Assembly: GCA_964270895.1 (NCBI GenBank)
Contig: OZ185442.1
DNA: 64,000 nucleotides
From: Podarcis filfolensis
Taxonomy: Eukaryota
Strand: one strand, 5' to 3'
Shown piece after piece: positions 11,645-21,790 of this stretch (within the stretch, counting starts at the first letter, position 1; each line of letters opens with the position of its first letter). Under the pieces are notes generated by a model. That model did no database searches and had not been told where the DNA came from. It was given only the letters and a program-made list of their open reading frames with translations. Made by a program: the position numbers and the translations under genes.

Positions 11645-11990
11645 TGCTTTTATATATTTATTCCTCAGCCACTTTCTGGGAATTAACCTTCATGAGCTGG
11701 CTTAGGCAAACAAAAAGTCAGATACGCTGAGAACATTAGGCAGTTTTAAAACAATTGTAAGACCGCAGTCTAAAAGGCAATAGGCTAGAAGAACCATTCT
11801 GCAATATCTTTTCATGAAAACAGTTTAGAGCCACTCAGGAATCTCAAAAATGAGCAGCGCTGATACTCTTAAGAAAGAGCAACCGGAAACAGGTGAGTTT
11901 TTAAGGACGGTGTGTAGACCTGTGCAGTAGAGGCCGTATGCAATTCATACTTCAGGGAGAGGGCAACCTGTATCCAAGGCAGGACAACTG
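11645..11990 (-). mobile_element. L2 LINE 3' remnant
   Basis: The minus strand encodes degenerate ...LPEV*IA.../SLKTHLF, the L2 ORF2 C-terminal signature, followed by an AT-rich tail; ends approximate. Confidence 0.6.
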
Positions 11991-12204
11991 CAAAGTTCAG
12001 TCTCATAGGATCCAAGCTTTTGTTTTAAACAGTGAGCTACAAATACAGGTTTGAAAGTGGTGGGCAATGGCTCCTAAAATCTCAGGAGGAGTACGTGAAG
12101 GAGACCAAAGTTTTCCAACTTTGATTAGTAAAGGTGACACCCTTGGTATAAAGACTAGAAGCGTTTAATTGATACAGACAGGAATAGAAGGTTGGCATGC
12201 TGTA

Positions 12205-12560
12205 CTTAGTTATTGCATTTATATCCCACATTTCAATAATATATTCTCAGGGCACCCAACCAAATAACAATAAAATTACAACAAAGCACAGTGAAATCAA
12301 GTTATAAAAATTAACACTGCATAAAAAGAAAAACAGCAGTCGTTGCAGCATAAATTTCCAGGAGGGGAAACATGTTTGAAAGGCTTGGATTGTTGTTTTT
12401 AAAGGTCTTCACATGGCGCTGAAAGGAGATTGAAATGGGTGTTTTGCAAGCCTCCCAAGGGAGAGCATAGCATAAATGGAGTGTTCTAACTGAAAAGGCC
12501 CATTCCCTGGTTTCTTCCTGCCTCATTTCAGATGGCAGGGGCACCAGGAGGAAATTCACA
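12205..12560 (-). mobile_element. L2 LINE 3' remnant
   Basis: Typical antisense L2 3' layout (ttatatcccac..., A-rich block, ...ggcgctgaaagg...gcctcccaagggagagcat...); ends approximate. Confidence 0.55.
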
Positions 12561-13307
12561 CACACACAGTGACATAATAAAACCCAGTTGGTGCCAGTGG
12601 GTACTCAATTTTTACAAGCTATTTATAACAGCTGCGAATGGATGGGGAGGGAAGGATTAAGCTTCGCTCCTCCATGAGCTGTTGTTGCAAACCATGTCCG
12701 GCCTGCACACTTACCTCTGTGTAAGAAAAAAGCTTCGTATTGAATCTAGTGTATAGCTTAACCCTGTGTGATCTGGGAAGTATCTGATTTCACATATCTG
12801 ACTTTTAGCTGTGAAGTCACAATATGGCCTAAGGCAGCTTACTGGCTTGGTTCAGAAGCCACGGCTAAATCATGGTGGGGTGATGCCTCAAGCTCCTGCA
12901 CTCTTTTCCCCATGGAGGCTGCAGTTCCCCATCTTATTTCATGACAACTATTAGTTTGCTCACCTTACAAACTTGCAAGAATGGCTGAGAAAATGTATGT
13001 GAAGTACCATGGAGATTTAAAACAACTAGAAAAATGTACATGTTCAAAAGAAGGGTAATAAAGTGGCCAAAGCTGTGGGAGAGAGAGGTTTGGTTCATTA
13101 TCCTAGAAATTGATCAGAACACACTGCACAATTGTATTGGGATTTTTTCCACTGGAGAAATGATGGGCTGGTGTTGATGGTTCTTACTAACTTCTTTGTG
13201 CAAAGTTTTTCACAGTCTGTATGTATGTCATGATTGGAATCCCAAAGAGGCTGCTCATTAGTATTTCCATTGTATGGTTGGGAAAAACTTGAAGCAAAGA
13301 GCTAATG

Positions 13308-13908
13308 CAGTAGTTTTCAACCACTGTGCCGTGGCACCCTAGGGTGCCTTGAATGATGGCCAGGGGTGCTGCAAGCAGCACTGGCCTCTGTCCCTCTTTC
13401 CTTCCCTCCCTCCTCTGGTGCCCTCTTGCATCTCTGCCTCCCAAAGGCTTGCACAGCTGTTTATTGCAGCAGCCCTGACTACAAGCTCCCCAGGAGAATG
13501 GTGCCTCTAGGACTGGTCAGAGGGTGCTGGTTGCCAGGAGCTGAGGCAGCCTTGGAGTAAGCAAGCAAGGGAGGGAGGGAGCCCAGCTAGTCAATATACC
13601 AGCCCTTGCTGTTGGGAACAGACAGACAAGTCCCAGGCCCCTGTGGGGCAGTGTGAGGAGGCACCTCACTTTGGAGCGGGGGGGGGGGGGTCAGCTCAGA
13701 GACCAGGGGTGGCAGCTGCCCAGAGAACTTGCAAGGAGAGGAGGCTGAGGGAGCACTCCACAAGGGAGGGTGTTCAAAAAAGAGTGAGAGGCTGCCAGCT
13801 CTGGAGGCAAGGGGTGACATAACTGGGCTCCTGAGCCCCACAGGGGTGCCACAGAAAGAATGTAGTTGCTCAAGGGAGCCATGGACTCAAAAAGGTTGAA
13901 AACCTCTG
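13308..13908. mobile_element. hAT (Charlie/Buster-type) non-autonomous element, 601 bp
   Basis: TIR cagtagttttcaacc/ggttgaaaacctctg; perfect 8-bp TSD AGCTAATG (13300-13307 and 13909-13916). Confidence 0.9.
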
Positions 13909-15878
13909 AGCTAATGGCTTCCTTAATGTGTCTATCAGTGAACTCATAGCTGAATAGGGATTAGAGGTCACTTCTTCCATCTCCAAATAGAACAGACTCA
14001 AGAACTCTGCAGTGTCTGGAGAAGTGAACTCTGCAGAGAACAGCTTCAGTTATCACAGGTTCTTGTTTGGTGTGGCAGGAAGAGCCCTTCCCAAGCGTCT
14101 TAGCTTTGCACACCCTCCTTTGAGATGCTTGACGGGTAAGCAACCACTTCCTCCTATTGTTGTCGCTCTTCCTTTTCCCAGTCGCCCTTTTTGTGCATGC
14201 CCTTTCATTAACCCGTACTCATCTTGACTTTGCTTGACAAGAAGATACCTCACACATGCTCCTTAAAATTATAGCTACCCTCTGCTAAACACAGAATTGC
14301 CTTTTCCTTCCAGGGTCTTTCCCCATTTCTGTGGTTTGCTTTTCTCAGTGATGCCATCACTCCAAAATGCTTCTAGAAACAGGAAACCAAACTTTTGTGA
14401 CGGCCATCCACAGTCAGCGCAGATGTGCACAAAATCTCCATGTGCACTTCCCAGAATGTGGATTTCTTTTGTTTCAGTTTCAGTCAGAGACTGCAGATGA
14501 ATAGTTGTGGGGGGAAGCTGGAGTTCATGACAATGAAGACAGTAGGAATGTCATGCTGGACTGCGACTCCCTTCAGCCCCAGCAACGTGGTCAGTGGTTA
14601 GGGATTCGTGGACTTGTAGTCCGGCACTTGGAGGACCCCTGTGTCCCTGGTTCTGCTTTAAAGGAAATGTGACCATTCACTGAGAGTGCATGTTTACTTC
14701 ACCCAAACCCTCAATTATTTTCAGCCTCCAATTTCTCCCTCTTGGGGCCAGTGGAGGGTGTCTGCTCAAGTCTTTTTCTGGGTGCTTCCTTATTTTACTG
14801 CATGCATGTAAGGCTCCTAGAGCTTGGAAAGGAAAGCCCTGGGCGTGGGTGGAAATATGGCTCAGTGCTTTTGTAGTGCCATTTCTCATCTATTTGCTTA
14901 GAGTCAATCATTCCGTCATAGAAGCCTTTGCTCAGACAGACAAAAAATTAAAATTCTGAGTGAGTCACAATGCACTTGGATTAAGTCGAGGGTTTGTGAC
15001 TCATTTCTTGACTTAGCAAAAACGTCGCCATGTTTTGTGAGCTGCTAGAACAGCTTGCTCCATCGTAGAGTCTGGAGAGCCGGCAGCTGAATTTGGAACA
15101 GGCTGTTTTGTGTGTCTTTGGACTGTAAAGCAGGATAAATATAATAAATCTCATCTAATCTGTTCCTCCTTTTCTTATTACACAAACACACTGCCTGTTT
15201 GTTGGGGTGACTCCTGTTGGCCATCTGAGGGCTTGTACAAAATATAATCACTTTGTGGACCTGTGTTAAATCTATGCACATAGTGAAATGGGATGGTACA
15301 GTCCTGGAATGGGAGAATGGACTGTACCACTTCAGTCTGAAGGGGAGGGTCACTTTTTCTATACTCTCATGTTAGCACCTTTATCCCTGGAATGCTCTGA
15401 GGAAGGGGATTTGCTTTTTGTTTCCTTACAGGGGTTGTTAAACTGTAGCCAGCTAAGACTAATAAGGGAACTTAGGGAAGCCACAATTTCTGTTGTTTCC
15501 CCTGCCCCCTTTGACTACTGTTTTTACAAGTTTGGTTGCTCTGCTAGAAATCTGTTTCCTTGGCATGTGACCCTGTAAATCACAAGCCCACCCCTATTTT
15601 TTAGTTAAAAACCATTTTCGGTAGAGTGTGTATGTATGTCTATGCATGCGTATCTAACATTCAGGAATTATTTTTTATTATTATTTGAACTATTTCTATT
15701 CTGCCTCCACCAAAATGTTGAGGCAGCTCATGCAATACAGACAAATCAAAGCAAGCCAAGTGTTGGTAAACATACCTTATTTGTTTTACTGCCTTCATTA
15801 AGAAGGATGCTATTTGTCACTCCCAAGGTTTTGTTTACACCCCTTAAGGAACATGTTTTCTAGACTGAGCAGACATTA

Positions 15879-15997
15879 GGGTTGTATCTAATATTAATTC
15901 TACTTTGAGTAGACGCACTGGAATTAGTGCATGTGACTAACTTAGGTCCATTAATTTCAATGCGTCTGCTCTGAATATAACTTCGTTGGATGCAACC
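15879..15997. mobile_element. Palindromic (foldback) MITE-like element
   Basis: Ends gggttgtatctaa/ttggatgcaacc; internal arms gagtagacgcactggaatta/taatttcaatgcgtctgctc are complementary. Confidence 0.7.
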
Positions 15998-16189
15998 AAG
16001 TCCTCTGTCCTGCTAGCAGGGAGTCCTTGTTAGTTTCTCCATCAGTTGCAACTAAAAAACAGGATGGTTTGGCAAGCTAGCACCACGAGTGAGGAGATAT
16101 CAATGGAATTCCAACAGGTTTCCTGTCCTCACAGTCTTGGTGTTAAACACACAAGCTGACTTTCTCTCCATTAAGCTGTTGCTGCTGCT

Positions 16190-16442
16190 CAGGGCCAGCC
16201 CAACCTATTTTGTTGCCTGAGGTAAAGGACAAGATGTTGCCCCTTCCCAGGTCCATGTACAGAAGTCAGCTAGACAGCCAGTTGAATCTTAGTTCAACAC
16301 TGGTAACAGGGCAGTGTCCTCATCCCACCACATCTGAGGGTAGAAGGCTAGTTTAGGGGCCCAGGGCAGGCAGTGTCCTTCAACACCTCCCCACCCGTCA
16401 GCATCTGCCGCCACAGGTGACATCATGGTAGGGCCGACCCTG
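16190..16442. mobile_element. Older hAT-type MITE, about 253 bp
   Basis: TIR cagggccagccc/gggccgaccctg; TSD only partly conserved (ctgctgct/ctgcctcc). Confidence 0.6.
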
Positions 16443-17924
16443 CTGCCTCCACTGGCCTCCTTTGTCCAAGTTTAGAGAATGATGTTGGCGATGACAGTGC
16501 CAACCAGCCTGCCTCTTAAAGGGTTGTTCCACTCTTCCACCATCTAATCTTGGGTTACATCTGATGTGAAAAGCATGCTGATGAACAGGATGAAAATGTT
16601 AATCTCTTGTAAAATAGGAAGGACACAAGCATGAGGTCTGCGTCTAGCAAAACTCCCAAGATCTTATAAATGCATTTTATGTTTGGGTCAGACCTTTGGG
16701 GCATGATAAAAGGTATGTGTTTTCTTTTGCTTTTCTGTCCATTTCCTGTTTTGAACACAGAAGTAGGAAACTCTGATCATAGTGGCCCAAAGTACCAGCT
16801 TCATTCCTTCCTGCCTCAGGTCTCTGTTGCAAGCCCTATTCCTGTGGGGATTTGCTCACCTGTTCTTAGCCCGCCTGCCAGAGGCCCCTCCTAGACTCCC
16901 CGCCTCTGCTGTCGGCAGTACCAGTTGCTGATTATCTTTGAAATGTTAGGAATGCAAGAGTGGAGCCCAGCCCCTCGGGGAAAGCACTGGGAAACATCCT
17001 GCTTGCTGTATGATGCGTCCGCTCCGGATTCCAAATACTTTCCTAAGCTTCGAAGAGTTGGGTAAAGCGGGTGCACACCTAGACTTCAACCCCTTCAGGG
17101 TGAGCTGGCTGTCTTTCAGCTTGCATCTCCTGTGGCCCCAAGGGTTTCGGCAGTATTTACAGCACCTCATGTTAACCTTGTAGAACAGGTAAGTTCCTGG
17201 GACTGGCATTTCTTCTCTGCTTGGCACCTAAAAGGGCTCAGCGTCTATGCTTCTCCACAAAGGCTCTGCATGGTTTTGTCACCTGCTTTGCTCTTGGCAA
17301 TAGTACCCTTGCACTGACCAGATGAGGGCACCCTCCTAGTTTTGTAGTGGGCCAACTGGCTAAATCGTGCTGACCTGGCAGGAGCACCTGTTGCCTCATC
17401 ATCCTTGCTTGCAGTCCATAAAGACCATCTGAGTTCAGTGGGGGTGGCAGGGCAGGGCTCCCTTGGTGATCTGATTAAATGGCTCCAACAGAGAGGGTAA
17501 TCCGCTAAGGTCCTACTTGGATTACAGCTCCTTCGTAATGAGTTTAATTGGGCCACTGTTGTCCTAGAAACGGGACCGCTGGAGTAGCAATCGTAGGGCT
17601 AGCTCCTGAATCTCATACTGCTTGGGTCTTGAGCTGTGCAGGTGGGAGGGAGCCCAATGTGAACGGCCTCACTCCTAGCTCCTGGGATGCTACTCCGAAA
17701 TGTTTCTGACAAAGGATCAACCATGGAGGATTTGGATGTTGTGACGGAGATCTTTGGTGGGGGAAAGGCTCTGGCTCCTATTGGCTGGTTGCTGATGCTG
17801 ACTGTCTTGGATTGGCTATTGTTCAGGTCTGTGTAGCTTTTGGGGTAAGTGAGAAGAACCTTGCCTGTTATCACTGGCAGATAAGCTGTTAGCTGGGTGA
17901 CAAAGCTATGGACCATGAGTAAGG

Positions 17925-18082
17925 CAGTGGCGTAGCATGGGGGGTGCAGGGGGGGCGGACCGCACCGGGCGCAACATCTGGGGTTAGGGCAAATCAATGG
18001 GTTAGGGGGCGCAAATCCACGGGTTAGGGGGCGCAAATTACTTGCCTTGCCCCGGGTGCTGACAACCCATGCTACGCCACTG
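17925..18082. mobile_element. Young hAT-type MITE, 158 bp, with internal TTAGGG-containing repeats
   Basis: Perfect 17-bp TIR CAGTGGCGTAGCATGGG/CCCATGCTACGCCACTG; perfect 8-bp TSD GAGTAAGG (17917-17924 and 18083-18090); CpGs retained. Confidence 0.92.
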
Positions 18083-20894
18083 GAGTAAGGTGACCTTGCA
18101 GTTAGTTTGTACCATTGCTGTCTTATTTCCTCTTCCTCCCACTGATCAGCGTTCATAAAAAACGCAGATAGATGTAATGCAAAATGGTTCTTAAAATCCA
18201 TCTTTGGGTGGGTCAGTTATGTTAGTAGAATCACAAGCTTCTGAGTTCCGCAGGGCTCATCTCCTGCCATAAAGAACTGGGGGTTTTGTATTCATTCCTC
18301 CATGACTGTTTACTACGACTTTCCAGCTCCAAAGTAGCATTCTCCTGGAAGTGTGTGTGTGGCTGAATTAATAACTTTTGTCCGTTGTTAATGGTGTTTG
18401 TAACTGTGCCTTGTTCCAACTCTGGAATGGAAAGTGTTTTGTGATTTGTCCCACGCAGGGCAGGCTCCTTGTTCTGTTTCTGCTGTAGTCCCACCAAGTG
18501 CCAAATAACGATGCCAGTTCTGCTAGTGTATGAATGAACTCCCTATACATTTCCCCTTCTTTGTCACTGCTCAGCCACCTTCTTTTCCCTTCCCCTAATT
18601 AGCCAATCAAGATGCAAAAAAGGTAAAAGCATTCTCAAAAGAGGAGCAAAGAAAAACAAAAAAGTCACATAAAAGAGTTACCCTCTTAATTAGATAATAT
18701 GATTGACACATTACACACTGGTGTTGATAACTGTATATCGTATTGTAAGACTTAACATCAACCAGCATTAAATTCAGAACTGAGAGAAGCTGAATTTTGT
18801 GACCTCTGCATAACTAGCAAGATCAAATGAATAATTCCCAACACAGTGGTTTTTGGGGCTGGATAGTATTCCATGAAATATTTTAAGTCTCTGAAATAAT
18901 GTCAGCTGTATTTTAGTCCCTTTTAATAGCGCTATGCTTTATTTTGTTGGGTTCTTTTCTTGGTTGAAGCTAGCCTACAAATATAATATGGTGAACTCTG
19001 TTTTTGTGTAGTCAAATCAATTCCCATCTTCACACAGTTATATTCTCAACTGAGAATAGTAATACCATGTGCAAACCTCACATGGTTTAATACAGTGCTA
19101 TTTTTCTCGAAAAAGAAGTGCTGGAACTCACTATGGACGCCTCCCTTGTTCTCTTATAATGGAAATGGTGCCTACCTGAGAGGTGTCGAAACTGAGTTCC
19201 AGCTGAAAAAAGCCGTGGATTTATATATATGTTGTGATTCTGAGGGAGTATATAAAAAGCACAGCATCAGTGTTGGCTTCAGAATCCAGATTTTTATGAA
19301 GCTCTGATTTTCCTTTTAAATAGAAAGCCTAGCTCTTGCATTTGTCAATACGTTCACAAGTGTGTGAACTTTTCAGTATCCTACATAGCTGCTCTTCTCC
19401 CTGCTAGCAAAGCCAGATTAAACGATGCAAAATATATTTTTAAAAAATAAGTCAGGCATGATTCATTTCCATAAAATTCAGCTTCTCTTAGTACAGAAGT
19501 AAGTGTATGTGTATGGTGTATGTATGCCTGTATTTCCAGAGTGCTAGAAGAGAGCAAGCAGTTATTGAGAGTCCAGAGCACCAAATAAACCAATTACGAA
19601 AAGAACCACCCGCTCTGGTCTTCGAGCGTTGTGATTGCATGGCAATTTATCCTTGCCCATCTGTTCAGTGCAGTCTGCATGTTGGCAAGTGCTAGTCCTA
19701 CACAGGAGGCAGTCCTGGAAGGGGCTGAAGACATTGCAGCTTGAGGAATAATGTTGTAAGTGCAGCAGTTGGAGACGGTTGGCTGCTTCCTTCTCACAAA
19801 CTGAACTTCAACTTCTTTGGGTCTGAGTTCTCTGCACAGAGTGAGAGGATCTGTCTTTAGAGGTGGTGGGAATGTTTTCTCTGACAGCTATCCAATTTGG
19901 GCAAACAGCACACTCATTACCTTCCCCCAGAGAAGGTTTGGCCTCTTCCTCCTCCCGCCATGTCATGTCTCAGACTTTTAGTGTAAGCTTCAGCTCTTAG
20001 TGTTCCCACCCATGTTGGAAAGGGTGCTCTGAGGAAATCATGAGCAGCTGTGATGCCTTCACATTTTGTCCTCAAGAGAGAGGTTGTTATGGACCTGTCT
20101 GAGGTTTGGGTTTGAAGGACTGTGATTATATTGCGTACACCGTTGGACCAGGTAGACCTGGGCTGAAATCATCCATGAAGCTCACTGGCTGACTGAGTCA
20201 AAATCTCTGCGTACTTACCTCACCAGTCTGTTGTAAGCACAAAATGAGAAGATGGGGACACATAGCATATATAAAACCTTGTGTGATGGTTGGGATAGAA
20301 ATGTGATACTTTTTTTTATGGCTTTCCTGAGTTTTTCCTGGTTTGCACTGTGGGGTGGTAGGTTGGCTCTGAGGCCTGCTTTGCCTCATTCTGCCACATG
20401 TATAGTTGAGCACTGAAATGAGAGCATGATCTGTACCATTTCAGAGTTCAGGGAGTGGATCAAATTTTTATGTGGAAAACATCCTCCAAGTGACCACCAA
20501 CACATGAGTCCTTTTGGACCCGGAACAGGGAGTAACAGGGCAGGCTTACGCATGCATGGGTGCCAGGAACAGAACCCCCACACAAAATGGTCGCTGCCTG
20601 TATAACAGCTTGCTGATAGGGCAAGAATCTTTTCTTCTTGCTGTGCTAGGTTCCTCCTTACCTCTCTTTGAAGGGTGGGTTTTGATTTGGGGAGTGTAAT
20701 ATACTCCATCTTGATTCTAAATTGGTACAGTCAGCTATACCATCTCATACTACTGCCTGTGTTGACAGGTCCAAGTTGTCTCCTGTCAAACTGTGTAAGG
20801 GAAAGGAGATGTTTCTTGGGCTGGAGCTTGACATGTGCTCCTCTTGTGTTGAGACAGGCCTCAATGGTTGATTCATCCCTTTCTGTGTAAAGGA

Positions 20895-20922
20895 CATTCA
20901 TTCATTCATTCATTCATTCATT
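20895..20922. repeat. (CATT)7 microsatellite, probably the tail of an antisense L2 running to about 21200
   Basis: The repeat is directly visible. L2 tails end in (AATG)n-type repeats, and the adjacent sequence is A-rich and L2-like. Confidence 0.85.
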
Positions 20923-21362
20923 ATGTCTAAACTGCAGCTTCACCCAGACATGGATTCCAGAAAAATTTACATAAAAACTGCAAATATTACTACAATATTA
21001 AACATAAACAATAAAAATCAGAGCAGTATAATAAAACAACAGAGGTTGTAACCAAAGAAGTATTCAGCCACCTAAAACCATACTGTAAAATTTTTAAAGA
21101 CTGAACAGTTTAAAAAATATATATTAATTTGGCTCTGAAAAGAGTACAATGCTGGTGCTAGTCTTGGCCTCTTTAGAAGGAGATCCCAAAGCCAGAGGCT
21201 TGTGTTTAGGCCCTGATGACTCCTTGACTCTGCCTGCAAGTTGGTGGCAATCGCTTGGTCAAGCAGCTAGCATCCAAAGGGCACTGAGTTCTTCTGAGAT
21301 CCTTTGGGCCTAGGAGAACTTGACAGTGTGAACTGAGAGATTGCCTGGCAGACTCTGTAGGG

Positions 21363-21566
21363 CAGAGCTTTCCAAACTTATCATGTTGGTAACACACTTT
21401 TTAAACATGCATCATTTTGCAACACAGTAATTCAGTTTGACTAGCAAACCAGAGGTTAAACTAACCTCTTTGCAGCCCTGGGAAGAGCACGGGGAGCATT
21501 TGCACAACACACCTACACACTGCAACCGACACACTAACGTGTCATGACACAGTTTTGAAAGCTCTG
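21363..21566. mobile_element. hAT-type MITE, 204 bp
   Basis: TIR cagagctttccaaact/agttttgaaagctctg; perfect 8-bp TSD CTGTAGGG (21355-21362 and 21567-21574). Confidence 0.9.
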
Positions 21567-21582
21567 CTGTAGGGTATAAGTA

Positions 21583-21790
21583 CAGTGGTACCTCAGGTTA
21601 CAGACGCTTCAGGTTATAGACTCCGCTAACCCAGAAATAGTACCTCGTGTTAAGAACTTTGCTTCAGGATGAGAACAGAAATTGTGCAGCGGCGGCAGCG
21701 GGAAGCCCCATTAGCTAAAGTGTTAAGAACAGTTTCAGATTAAGAACGGACCTCCAGAACGAATTAAGTTCTTAACCCGAGGGACCACTG
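21583..21790. mobile_element. Tigger-like MITE (same family as 7161, opposite orientation)
   Basis: TIR cagtggtacctc/gagggaccactg with TA on both sides. Confidence 0.9.

Noticed and set aside
17599-18201. 200-aa minus-strand ORF, the longest non-RIPOR1 ORF
   Set aside because: It runs through a GC-rich MITE that suppresses stops; no transposase or other domain similarity.
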